From the human T2T-CHM13v2.0 reference genome, Homo sapiens, in NCBI RefSeq assembly GCF_009914755.1, contig NC_060944.1: a stretch of DNA of 64,000 bases, one strand, 5' to 3'. A model generated the notes under the pieces. The model searched no databases. It was not told where the DNA came from and saw only the letters and a program-made list of their open reading frames with translations. Of the stretch, positions 1 to 13,889 are shown one piece after another (position 1 is the first letter of the stretch; each line of letters opens with the position of its first letter). A program made the position numbers and the translations under genes.

Positions 1-2080
1 ACAAGAACCAGCAGGTTCTTGGAGAGGCTGGTGTTGGGTGAGCCGGGCAGGTCCAGGGCTTCCCAGCTAACAGGCCTCTAGGTCCCACTAATCTGATTGT
101 GGCTTTGGCTGCATGCAGGTGCCTGAGGCTGGGATTAGACAGATCCCCTTCTCCCTGCCCAGCACCCAGCCCCGCAGGTGATTCTTCCTGTCCAACAGGC
201 AACACCCCAAAGCAGGCAGTTGACCTTCTAGTAACCATTCCCAAGCTAAAGCCTTCCTAGCAAATCAAACACATCACCCCCTCCCTCACCACCCCATCTG
301 CACACACATAGGCAACTACGTAAACTCACTTGGACCCCTCATCCCCATGGATCTATGTACAAACCCCCATACTTCCGCCACACACCCACACACAGGCACA
401 CATGCTTCCATACACCTACCCGCACACACTGGCACATGTGTGTACACACGTGCACCTTTCCACATGCACACCTACATGCACACCCCCCCATAAGTACATG
501 AACACGTACACATCCATGCATACACGGCTCCCCACATACCCACCTGCACACACACACCGTCCAAACATGGGTAGGACAGAGGCTGACACATACGCACCCC
601 TCTGCAGTGCATGACTGGCCCGGGACCCGCATCAGGAACGTACCTTCTGCAGTTCTGGCTGTTCATGGAAGGCACAGGTGTCCAAGTTGGGCTGGGACTT
701 GGTACATATGGTGCGGCCCACCTCTACGTCGAAGAAGTAATTCACCCCCCCAAAGGTCTGCACACAGGAGAAAACAGGAAGCACGGACAGCGCCCCCATC
801 AGTTCATGCACTCACAGGCACTTCACTGTGGCTGAGTCACTGGACTTGCTTGGGGGCTTCGTGAGCTGCCCACATGTCAACACAAGGCACACAAGCCCCC
901 TCTTCCTGTCAGCTGGCAGGGTGCTGAGCCTCATGCCCGCTCTTAAACATCGTTTTCTCTGTGCTGGGTAAGAGGATTCATTGAATTCTGCTACCTGTGG
1001 CTCAGGGGTGAGGGAACACTGACTCTTTTCTAGGAAGGCTGTCTGATGACAAAATTTCAGCTAACTCACGAAAATCTTATTCCCTCCATTTAACCTAGAT
1101 TTATTACTTCACTTAGAGTAGGAAATGAGATGCTTCACACACACAGATATTTTGGGTCAATGGGGCCGCCCAGATGCCACCATTTCAAGTGTGAGGTTCA
1201 AGATACGTTTCTCAAGTCAGCAGCACACCTGAGTGTCTTACAATTGCAGATTATAATTGAACCCTTTCCCTGCACAGGGCCTCTCCCAGACACTACGTGG
1301 CAGAGCTGTGGAGAAACCTGGGATGAGGGACTCTTTGGAACCAGGAGGAACTGCTGAGATCCCTCGAGTATCAGTTTACCCATGTATAAAATAGGCTTCC
1401 AGGTCTGATGGTCTGCAATGCCCTGTGCTTCACTCCAAGTTACTGTCATGCTTAAGAGGGAGATGCAGGCCAGCGGGGACCATGGCACCAGGGAGTGCAC
1501 CTCCTGTGCAGGGTGAGGGCTCCAGCTGACAGCTGTAGGAGGAGAAACGGGACTGGTCTGGATTCCTTTGAATTTCTAGAAGGTGGAGGAGCTCTAAAGG
1601 CTGTGTCACTATTTGCTGCTCTGCCATGGGATGCAGGTCAAGCTGGGCCCAGTTGCCCTGCTGAAGCTCACTCTGGACCTAACCCCTCCTCTGCTCTGCT
1701 GGGTGACTGCTGTCCTCATCTGGCTGAGGTCTAACTCTGCATCAGCTCGTAGAGGCAGGGCCAGGCGTGCTCCACCCCAGCAGGGACTCAGCCATCCTGG
1801 CCTGCAGGGGTGGGTCAGCCTGCCTGAGGGTGAAGGCCACTAGCCCTAAGGGGCTGTGCCCAAGGGCATGACTTGGGGAAGGAAGAAGGGCTCTGCAGAA
1901 CAGGGAGCCAGGTTCCCATGTGGCCCCTGAGGAGAGGACTCAGGGAGGAGAATGAGCCTCACCGCCTGGATCTCATCCTGAGCAGCATCAAGCCCACCCA
2001 GAGTCAGCACAGTCTCCATCCACACCTGCTGGACGCTGGGAAATGCCACGGTCATGGTACAGACACAGCAGCTGCTGCAG
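1..2080. repeat. Segmental paralogy: CST4 intron2-exon2-intron1 matches 61931-64000 (CST1)
   Basis: Both start acaagaaccagcagg and align colinearly at roughly 90-98% identity by eye. Confidence 0.95.
644..757 (-). CDS. CST4: Cystatin S, coding exon 2 (114 bp, [38 protein letters not shown]); exon 3 lies left of the window
   Basis: Manually translated. AG acceptor at 759-758, AAG|gtacgt donor at 643, phase 0 with exon 1. Q-TFGG variant of the QxVxG loop is typical of cystatin S. Confidence 0.95.
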
Positions 2081-2297
2081 GTTAAAGGAAGCTGCAGCAC
2101 TTCCTTTAACTGTCTGCAGTGCATGGACCGGGAGCATGCTTAGGCATGAAGGGCATCAGCGGAGAGTCAGAGAAAGCTGAATGAATCTGAGCATTAGATC
2201 ATGAATGTGTCAGTGTTGATTTGCTTGGAATGCTCTTGGGGGTCCGGCAACAAACCAGGCTAGGGCTCAGGACCCCTCGGGTGGAGGCAGCACCCAC

Positions 2298-2525
2298 CTG
2301 CTCCCTGGCTCGCAGCACCTGCAGCGGGCGTCTGTAGTACTCATCTTCGGTGGCCTTGTTGTACTCGCTGATGGCGAAGTGAAGGGCACGCTGTACCCAC
2401 TCATCATTGAGGTCTGCATCATAGATGCCACCTGGGATTATCCTATTCTCCTCCTTGGAGCTCGAGGCCAGAGCCCCAGCCAGGGTAGCCATCAGGAGTA
2501 GCAGGGTACACAGAGGCCGGGCCAT
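2298..2525 (-). CDS. CST4: Cystatin S, coding exon 1 (76 codons: signal peptide to ...VLRAREQ)
   Basis: ATG at 2525-2523 in an ACCATGG context. Translation MARPLCTLLLLMATLAGALASSSKEENRIIPGGIYDADLNDEWVQRALHFAISEYNKATEDEYYRRPLQVLRAREQ is the cystatin S N-terminus. GT donor (CAG|gtgggt) at 2297. Confidence 0.96.
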
Positions 2526-2616
2526 GGTCTCCTCAGAGGCAGAGCACAAAGCTGGAGCTGCAGGAGAGGAGGGTGAGAGCCCGAGGCAGGGAGCCCAGAC
2601 CAGCAGGCAGGTGTGC

Positions 2617-2622
2617 ATTTAT
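2617..2622 (-). promoter_or_regulatory. CST4: TATA-like ATAAAT box of the CST4 promoter
   Basis: Minus strand reads gcaggATAAATgcacac, ~92 bp upstream of the ATG and preceded by a purine-rich GGAGG tract (2640-2830). Confidence 0.7.
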
Positions 2623-3249
2623 CCTGCTTTGGCAGCCCAGCCCCACCCACCTCCATGCCCTGCCCCTGACTCCTCCTCCTCTTTCTGCCCATCCCCTCTT
2701 TCTCCATCTCTCTTTTCACTCCCCCACCACTACAAGCTCCCTCCCTGCCTAAGTTCCCCCTGCCCCTCCCAGGCCTCCTCCTCCATCTCCCCCTCCTCCC
2801 CACTCCAGTCCTCACTGCAGCCTCCCTGAGCCATGCCTCTCTTCCCCAGTGCTCCCAAGCTTGAGTCACCCAGGTCTCCACAGAGGTGACACTGGTCCTT
2901 TGACTGTGAAAGCAATGTGACTTCCTGTTTGCTCAGAAAGGGGAAAAATACAGGGCTTGGCCTCCCGGGGTCTTCAGATATCAGAGGCTTCCAGGAGCAC
3001 TTGGTCACGGTCTCTGAATCTCTGGAACAGAGAGGTTATTTCAGAAGGTTCCAGAAGACCCTGTCCACACCCTAATATGGAGAATTTCTTTGCCAAATTT
3101 AAGGGAATTAACCTTTTTGGAAAAGGTCACTGGCTTCTGTTTTCATAACTCATTATTCAATAAACAAACCTATCACCAGTTACTGCCCATGCCAGGAGGT
3201 CTAGGGCTTGAAGACGGAACCTGGATGATGAGCCATAGAGGTGACATTG

Positions 3250-3570
3250 CAGAGCTGCTGCCCACAGAGATGTGACATGAACCCACAAGCATTTGAAAAT
3301 TTCTAGTAGATGCATTTTAAAAGATGAGAATAAATGGGTGAAAGTAATGTTTAAAATATTTATTTAACCTAATATAGCCACAATATTATTTCAGCTAACG
3401 GGAACAATTATTAATGAGATCGTTTATGTGTGTTTTTTTTTTTTGGTTTTGTAAATCTTTGAAATTCCCTGTGTATTTTTTACACTTAGCCCAGGAATCA
3501 TTTTGGACTGGCCCCATTTCAAGTGTCCTGTGGCACATGTGGCTGGTGGCTGTGGAACTGCACAGTAAAT
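3250..3570. mobile_element. MER33/MER3-like hAT-Charlie DNA transposon fossil within L2-like sequence
   Basis: Motifs tttatttaacctaatata...catttcaagtgtc..gcacatgtggctggtggct recognised from the consensus. Confidence 0.6.
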
Positions 3571-5726
3571 TCCTACACAGTGTGTGTAGAGGATGGTAGG
3601 TTACGATCAACAATTAGGATCAGGGAGTTATACTCACTCTGTTGGAAGTGAAATAGAACAGGGGCTAGAGAGAGACCACTGGACCCTGGTCAGGGTGGTC
3701 TCTATGAGACTGGAGAGGTTGAGCAGCCCCAGGCAGCGGGGAACAGCCAGTGCAAAGGCCCTGAGGTGGGGTTGGGACATGCCTGCTCCAGGAAGAGGAA
3801 GCTCCTGGAGGGGATGTGAGCAAGGGAGGAAACCACCTGGAGTCTCACGGTAACTGTGGGTGAGGACCGGTGGAAGGTGCACGGAGACCCCTGTGAGGCA
3901 GTGGGGGTGTCAGGAGAGGGAGCAGCAGCCACGGGATGAATGTGGGAACCCACAGGCCTCTCTTGCTTCTCTCCTAGGCAGCCATGCTTCAGGCTCCTTT
4001 CCTCTGTGCACTCCTTGGAAGACTCACGTGGCATTTTAAAAATTGCCTTAAATGAGGTAGAATTTACATACAATAAAATGCCTAATAGTATGTGCCCAAT
4101 CTGGGGGATTTCATAAATGCATACACTTGTGTTACCACTTTGTCCAGACCTGTGACATCTGCCTTGCCCCAGACGGTATCCTCCTGCCTCTCCAGCCACC
4201 CTCGTGCCCGCCCCACCCTGGCAGCCCCCATCCGGCCCTGTAGACACCTTTGTCGCCTGTCCTTGAGCTTCCCAGGAATGGAGTCCTGCAGAGCGAGCCC
4301 TGATGTGTCTTCATCCTTTGCTCAGTGTGGCTTTCCAGCGGCACCTGAGTTGCTTCATTGCCAAGACTGTGAGTTCTCCTTCTCCACAGACTGAGAGGAT
4401 GTGGTCAGTTGGGTGTCCTGTGGGCTGACAAAGCCCCCAGCTTGGGATGCTGTGGGCCTGGGCTGGAATGTGTCTCCAGGAGTGGGGAGGGTGGAAGGAG
4501 GCTCTGAACAGACAGCTGCTCTCGTTGTTCTCTCAACCCCACCCTCCATGCCTGAAGGTGACCCTGTGGCAAATGCCCTTATGGGGAGGTGGCAGGCTTG
4601 GCCAGAAACTCCAGGAAACCCTGGGCCTTAGCAGGACACCCAGAGGACTGTCTTGGGAGTGGTGGAGGTGAGGGTTGGCCAGTGTCAGCCCAGACCTGTT
4701 TAGAACACTAAACAATACTATAATAAACAAATGACCAAGCGCAGAAAGCATCACGTAAAGGTGCAAGTGATGAGGACAAGCTGGCCAAGAGTCATCCTGG
4801 GCTCGGACATGTCTGGGGATGGATCAGCAGGAACCTGGCAGCAGGAACCATATTACTTATGGGTGCTCATGTTCAGTATTACGACAGGGAACCTTGTTAC
4901 CTGAGTCCTGGTGACCATCTCACCCCACTGTGAATCCAGCACCCCTAGAATAGCCATGAAGCCTGGCAGATACAGCAGGTGTCCCCATGGTGTTTACTGC
5001 TGGGTGAGGGAGGGAAGGTCTTCAAACAGAGCTTTACATATGCCTCCTAGTTAGACAGGAAATGGGGAGAGATTCCCAGAGAAGGGAAAGAGAGGGAAGT
5101 CCCTTACCAGGTGTTTGTGAGCAGAATGGTCATCTCCAAAGGGTAGGAGTTAGTTCTCCTCTGTGTCTCCCACCTTCCTGGGACAGCTGGGAGTCCAGAC
5201 TCAGGAAGACATACATGCTGTGCAAAGGGTAAACTGAAAGTCAAGCAATCCTCTTGTTTTTTTTTTTTTTTTTTTTTTAATCATCAGAAAGGAGATGCAG
5301 GTAACCCAAATAGCGAGAATGTGCTGGTGGGTGGAGTGTGAGGGAGGGAGGCCAGAGTGCTGACCTGTGCCCCATATGTGATGACACCACCAGTGGTCAT
5401 CTTCTGTCAGGACTCTGGCATGCACTGCAGGGAGGGTCAGCTGTCCTGATGCAGCAAACTCTCTAATCCCAGTAGGAAAGATACCAATGTAGGTTGCTCT
5501 TAGGAGGAGGTACAAGTGCGATGTCCAGTATGGAGTTATAGGAAGTGGCAGGTTGAGGTAGCTGGCCAGCTGCTCCAGATATTTGATGACCTTAGGTAAA
5601 TGTTGTGTCTGTCGTGCATCTGGAGAAAGAGGCTACTTTCTAAAGCATAGTTTCTGGGATTTCAGACCAGCAGAGATGAGCGGACTTCAGTAGCGGTGTA
5701 TAAACATGTTTGAAAATGATGGAGTA

Positions 5727-5848
5727 GCCAGGTGTGATGGTGCACATGTAATCCTAGCTAATTAGGAGAGTGAGTCAGGAAGATTCCTTGAGTCTAGAAG
5801 TTCAATTTCAGCCTGTGTAACACAGTGAAACCCCTATCTCAAAAAAAA
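5727..5848 (+). mobile_element. Alu monomer (FLAM-like)
   Basis: gccaggtgtgatggtgcacatgtaatcctagc...gtgaaacccctatctcaaaaaaaa. Confidence 0.75.
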
Positions 5849-7189
5849 TGACAGAAGACTTTGATTTCTATAGTCCACAGTTTTAAGGACACACTAGGAG
5901 GGGGCCAGATAGCAACCATGGACTGAGGAACAAGCTTGGGGCCTCCAGCACCCATATAACCTGGAGGAGTCCAGCTGCCCAGGAGGGGGCATGTTTTCCT
6001 TCTGCCAGGTGACGAAAGAGAAAGCTGTGTTCCCCTAGGCTGCATGGTGACTACTGATCCGATTATCTGAATTAGTAGGATGAGAAATTAGGTGACAGGC
6101 AGAAGTTCTCTGCAATAAATGACCAATAATAAGTGAACACTAAACAATACTATAATAAACAAATGGCCAAGCTCAGAAAGCATCACCTAAAGGTTCAAGT
6201 GGTGAGGACAAGCTGGCCAAGAGTTGAGATTCTGCACATCTGGGTTTTGAGCAACTAACAGTTTGGTCTATGGTAGGAGCTGGGACTGAGCAGCCACAGG
6301 ATTTGGTGACTTCTCAAATGGGAAGGCCAGGAGTCTCCTTTATGGAGTGCCTGGAATTCTCTGGGGTCAAGCTCGTCTCTTTCACTCCATCCCTCCTTCT
6401 TTTCTCCCTCTCCTCACACATGGTGGACACGTGGATGCTTCTAAACTATGAGCCAGTGTTGGTAACACATTTGGTTCTGCTAGAACATGTGGATGCTTCT
6501 AAACTGTGGGCCCATGTTGGTAACACATTTGGCTCTTCCACATCATTAGGAAACTGTGATACTCATGGGGAAGCCTGCTGGTAGCCCTGGCTAGGAAAGG
6601 CGAGAGAGGGCAGAGCCCAGTGTCAGGTCTGATTGTTTTGCACCCCATGGGGAGAAGGAGAATCCTTTCTCTCAGGGACTAGCACGTGAATGGTATTCAT
6701 GGTTCTGGAGTGCAAGTTAACATTTATTTTGCAAAAAGAGCGTTTGTCAGTGCAGATTCACTGACTGAAGAACCACATATGAATGGAGGGGAGTAGGGGC
6801 GGCCTCCGGGAACTCGGGCTGCTGGTTGCTGCAGCCAGGGATCCGTCTGAGTCCCTGGGCTGCAGCCTGCAGAGGCCTGGCCATGAGGAAAACAGATGAC
6901 TCTGAGGAGGTGAGTCATCTCCTCGACATCTCTGGGTGGTCAGACTTTCTTATCCTGTTTGGGTCACTGCTGGGACTTCCCTGTCACTGTTTGTGTAACC
7001 TTAAATATCAATTCCTTTACCAAAGTGCAGTGACCCTGGAGAATGGTTCCTCTTCCTGCTTGGAATCCTGTTCAACTCAATCACTGAGTGCTGGAGCTGG
7101 AGCCAGAGGCCATCAGGACAGCCCTGCTCCCTCCTGTGGCCCTGCCTGCCCTCTCCTCCTGTCACAGAGGAGCTGGATCCAGCGACAAG

Positions 7190-7490
7190 ACTCACCTTGA
7201 CCAAACCTTAGTTAAGCTCCTCTGAGCCTTCTTCTCCCCAGTCCTCATCCCTAGTCCCCAGCCCTGGACCTCCTGTTCTTGCGAGGGCTGCATGGCCCAG
7301 TTTTAGGAAAGAATCCTGCTAAGTCAGTTTAGAAAGAATCCCCCAACCCTTGGTATCTGACCACCTTCAGCATCTGATCGAGTTCTTCATTCCTTACTTT
7401 TGATGTCTAAGGCTTTCTCCTGCCTTTAGCAACAATATTGTTAGGTCAGTTTTTCTAGAAACTCCTACCTTTGATGTCTCTGCTTAGTAA
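7190..7490. mobile_element. Old ERV1-class LTR fragment (MER39/MER34-like)
   Basis: gaatcctgctaagtcagtttag..aatccccc motif; subfamily uncertain. Confidence 0.4.
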
Positions 7491-7771
7491 TTCTGTTTGA
7501 AACGGTTCTAAAGCTACTTTAATAATGGCCCAATCATTCCATATTGTAAGTGGAATGATTTTACCCTCCCTACTTGCTTGTTTTAATTCTTTGCTAATTT
7601 TTTCCCAATCTTTTAGATCTAAAGTACCTTGTTCTAGAAACCACGGGCAGAATTGTTCTATTGTTCGAAATAGCGTGATTAGATTTTTTGTAGAGACTCT
7701 AACTCCCCCTCTTTTTAAAAGAATTTTAATACAGCTGAGCTAAGGGCATATTTACTTTTAGTTTGCCCCAT
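7491..7771 (-). pseudogene. HML-2 gag matrix fragment, frameshifted and truncated
   Basis: MGQTKSKYA, then a frameshift, then IKILLKRGGVRVSTKNLITLFRTIEQFCPWFLEQGTLDLKDWEKISKELKQASREGKIIPLTIWNDWAIIKVALEPFQTE (manual translation). Confidence 0.9.
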
Positions 7772-7895
7772 TGTTACCCTGGCTTCTTCTGAGCGTACAA
7801 GCTTACTGCAAGGCTGACTGTAGACGTACTTGGGACTCTCTCATTGACTTATCCTCAATGACCACGCTCGAGCATACCTTCACCCTAGAGAAAAG

Positions 7896-7913
7896 CACCC
7901 ACGTTGGGCACCA
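7896..7913 (-). other. tRNA-Lys primer binding site of HERV-K
   Basis: TGGTGCCCAACGTGGG begins 2 nt after the LTR end. Confidence 0.85.
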
Positions 7914-7915
7914 GA

Positions 7916-8883
7916 TGAAGGGGTGGCCATCCCCTCCACACCTGTGGACATTTCTGGTCAGGTGGGATGAGAGACTGAGAAAAGAAAGAGACATGGATAA
8001 AGTATAGAGAAAGAAAAGTGGGCCCAGGGGACTGGTGCTCAGCATAGGGAGGACCTGAGCTGGCACAGGTCTCTCCGTTCCCTCAGTATTTATTGATCAT
8101 TATCTCTACCATCTCGGAAGAGGGGGATGTGGCAGGACAATAGGGTAATAGTCAGGAGAGGGTCAGCAGGAAAACATGTGAACAAATGTCTCTGTGTCAT
8201 AAACAAGGTTAGAAAATGTGCTGTGCTTTGATGTGCACATACATAAACATATCTGGTGCATTAAAGAGCAGTATTGCCGCCAGCATGTGTCACCTCCAGC
8301 CTTAAGGCAGTTTTCTCCTATCTCAGTAGATGGAACATCCGATTGGGTTTTACAGGTAGATATTCCATTGCCTAGGGACCAGCAGGAGACAGATGCCTTC
8401 CTCTTATCTCAACTGCAAAGAGGCCTTCCTCTTTCACTAATCCTCCTCAGCACAGACCCTTTATGGGTGTGGGGCTGGGGGATGGTCAGGTCTTTCCCTT
8501 CCCACGAGGCCATATTTCAGACTTTCACATGGAGAGAAACCTTGGACAATACCTGGTTTTCCTAGGCAGAGGTCCCTGCGGCCTTCGGCAGTGTTTTGTG
8601 TCCCTGGGTACTTGAGATTAGGTAGTGGTGATGACTTTTAACAAGCATGCTGCCTTCAAGCATTTGTTTAACAAAGCACATCCTGCATAGCCCTAAATCC
8701 ATTAAACCTTGAGTCAACACAGCACATGTTTCTGGGAGCACAGAGTTGGAGGTAGGGTTACAGATTAATAACATCTCAAGGCAGAAGAATTTTTTTTTAG
8801 TACAGAACAAAATGGAATCTCTTATGGCTACTTCTTTCCACATAGACACAGTAACAGTCTGATCCCTCTTTCTTTTCCCCACA
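7916..8883 (-). mobile_element. HERV-K(HML-2) LTR5 (older LTR5A/B type), 5' LTR, 968 bp
   Basis: Minus strand starts TGTGGGGAAAAGAAAGAG and ends ...CCCCTTCA. Internal AATAAA at 8094-8089. Followed directly by a PBS. Confidence 0.92.
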
Positions 8884-10673
<1,790 letters not shown>

Positions 10674-11289
10674 AGAGAGAGAAAGTTCTAAATATCTGAG
10701 AAATAATCATAAAGAAATAGGGCAGCCAACCTGGGAGTCCCCAGTCCTACTTGTGTTGTTTGTCGTGTGCATCAGATTATAAAAGCTAAAAGTGGATTCC
10801 AGCCTCTGTGATTATTCTGTTTTGCTCTCTAATGGAACAGCCATTCAGTGGTGGTTTGCATTCTCCTTTGCCTCTCTTCAGCATGTCACTTTAGGGTTAG
10901 GGTGCTGTTTGACAGGGGGAACTGGGATCCTCCCCTTTTCTCACTGAGGTGCTGTCTTGAATTACAGTCGGGAGCCAGGACCTGGGCAGTGCGGAGGACC
11001 AGCATGCTGTGCCCCACAGACCTCCTGGATTGCTTCTTCATATGTGGGAACAGTTAAGTGCTGTCCTGGATCTCTGATATATGGGCTGCTTTTAGGATTT
11101 GCCAAAAGGAAACTTTTAAAGCTTCTGTTTCTTTACAACCAGCAGCTCAATTACTTATGGGATGTAGGTTGTCATGGAGGCAGTAAAGAGTTCATTTGGG
11201 AAAAGAGTGGAGAAGGCATACAGCGGAAAATGGAATAAACCATGTATGAGTCAGTTTCTTTTCCATAGGAAAAACCCTTAACATCTTAG

Positions 11290-13885
11290 GGACTAAAAGC
11301 AAGAAACTGTTCCTGTCACGCTCTGGAGCCTGCAGATGGGCTGGGGCTTAGCAGATCTGGTCTGGCTTGCCTTGTGTCTTCATCCCGGGGCCCATGCTAA
11401 GGGGCAGTGTCTGCTTGGGTCAGGTTTTCTTCATGATGGTGAGGAGGGGAGCAGGAGGACCCACCTCTCGCATCTGCAGGGTTAAGGTCTCTGTCCTTGT
11501 CACATCTGTTAAGACCCAAGCAAGACCCATGACCATGCACAAAGGCAATGGGGGTTTATGCTGCATTTTCTGGAGAGAGTTGCTGCTAGCCACATGGCAG
11601 AGGGGGCATGCATGTATAGTTTTGTTCCAGCAAGGGAGACAGCTGTCCATCAATCCTGGCACACCCCCTTGAATCTAGGAAAACCCCTCTGCTCTGTGCT
11701 GTGACATGGCACACACTTCCAGGAAGCCTGTGGCTTTCATGCTGGCAGTGGCTGACTAAACTTTTGCTAACAAGGGTGATTTTTTTCAGTCTCCTGAGTT
11801 CCACCTGCGGTATCTTGGAAGTGCTGGCTCCCTAGAAGGGATCCTCCATATGAGGAAAGCTCCTTTCCAAAGGCCCATGTTTATTCTCTATAAAAACAGG
11901 CTGCTCAAAAGGTATGGCCTGGTAGAGCCTTTTTTGGCCTACATTTTGTTATATATTAATTGTTGAGTTCTTCCTAATAGAGAATTCACGTCTACTCCCA
12001 CCCAGTGTGGTTCACATGGTATCAGAATCATAGCCAAATAATTGCGAAGGTGTGCAATGTGCAGGATGGGGTTTTATGATGAAAACTCAAGATGAAATAG
12101 AAGAAGGGGTCTGGGAAACAACAGTGACCCCCTGCACTGCAAAGGGAGGTGCAGGTAGGATGAGGTGGGGAAAGTGGCCATCTCTTGTGAGGTGACAACA
12201 TCTGAGGGAAGTGGAGGGCGCTTCCTCCTCAGCCTCTGTCCCTGCATCCTCTCCAGTGCCCCAGTCCCTTCTGCCTCACACTCTCTCTCTGCTCTAAGGA
12301 ACAGTACAGAGTGTGGATGCTGGTGAAGCGTGTTCTTAGTAACCAGCCAGCCTGCAGCTTCATCACGTGATGGCTTGGCCATTTCCCCTACACATGTATG
12401 CTAGGCTGAGAAGTTAGGAGGTGTTTCCATGACTTCCCAACTAGCTGACAACACTGGCCTGTGTATCTCAGGTGATCCCGATGCAGAACTTTGCTGTATT
12501 TTGAGTTTTTATTTTTTGCACCTTTTATTTTGTAGTGATTTCAAACTTACAAAAAGTGGGAAGAGTAATATAAAGAGCTCCTGTATACACTCAGATTCTC
12601 CCACTCTTAACATTTTGTCTCGTGCTTTTTCCTTCTCTTTCTATATGTACAAGCTATTATAGGTTTTTCTGAGTCATTTGAGTGCAAATTGCAGACATGA
12701 CCTCTTTTGTCCTCAGATACTTTCATGTGTGTGTCCTAAGGACAAGGACATTCTCTAACACAACCTCAGTGCAATGAGCAAAATCATGATGCTTGTGTGG
12801 ATACAGCCTTTTATCTAGTCTATTGTTCAGACAGTTTATCAATTGTGTTTGTTTGCCAAGCTTCCTTAGTCTCCTTTAATCTGGAAACGCTTTTCATTCT
12901 TTCTTGTCTTTGTTATCCTGTCATTTTTGAAGATAACTGGCTACTTTGAAGAATGTTTTCTGTTGGGGTCGTCAGTGGATTAGATTCAGGTGATGCATTT
13001 TTTTCAGATGAAAATTATAGAAGTGGCATTGTGTCCCTCAGTATATCATCATTCCAGGAGGCCAGGATACCATTGTCCAATTGCTGATACATGTTAACAT
13101 TAATCTCTAGATATAGATAGTATCTTCCAGGTTTCTCCACTCTTAAGTTACTTTTTTTTGTTTGTGTAATTAATAAGTATTTCACAGAGCAATACTTAGA
13201 AAATAGTTTTATGTTCTACTTCTTATTAAACTTTTACTTTCTACCATTAGCATATAATGATAATTCTTTCCTAAATCAGTTGTTATTATGATTATTGTGA
13301 CTATTTTTTTCTAACTTCATCATTTCTTCTGTATTTATTAATGGCATTCATTCCACTGTAAGGAAAACTTGCTTTTCTCATCTGTCTGTTTATCTACATA
13401 CCTACCTACCTAGCTTCTGTCTCTCGACAGATCTAACTCATGGTTTCTTATTTTATTCAAGAAGTTATAATCTGTTACCACTATTATTCCAGTGTGTAGA
13501 TTATCTCACAATTGGCTACCAAGAGCTCCTTTAAGCAGCTTCTTCTGTTCTCTTGACAGATTTCCATTATTATTGGAGCCTATCCTTACCTTCTCATGTA
13601 TTAATAACAAGAAGTTCTAGATCTATTTTATACTTTCCTTCATCCAACTCTAGAATTACTGGCTGAAATCTGTGGTGAGTTCAGAAAGCAATGCCGAGTG
13701 GTGCCTGTGCTCATTCATTGCTACAGGGAGGCCATGGTGCCTCTGTCAGTAGTTATTCACCTGGGGCAATTTTGCTTCCCAGGGCACACTGGTAATGTCT
13801 AGGACATTTTTGGTCGTTGCTGCTTGGGAGGATGTGCTACGGCATTTAGTGGACAGAGGTCAGGGATTCTGATAAACATTGTGCA
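11290..13885. repeat. Duplicated block C1, paralog of ~31232-34160
   Basis: Shared ccaagcaagacccatgaccatgcacaa, ctgcattttctggagagag, agagtaatataaagagctcctgta and the MER20 start. Confidence 0.9.
13745..13885 (+). mobile_element. MER20 5' part, truncated at an L1
   Basis: cagtagttattcacctggggcaattttgcttcccagggcaca; the full copy is in block C2. Confidence 0.7.
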
Positions 13886-13889
13886 TTTT

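Noticed and set aside
330-632. His/Thr/Cys-rich ORFs conserved at both window ends
   Set aside because: CA-rich low-complexity intron 2 sequence, shared only through recent gene duplication.
2199-2618. 139-aa ORF as a single-exon gene
   Set aside because: It is CST4 exon 1 plus 5' flank and intron read-through; the real CDS is 2298-2525 with a GT donor.
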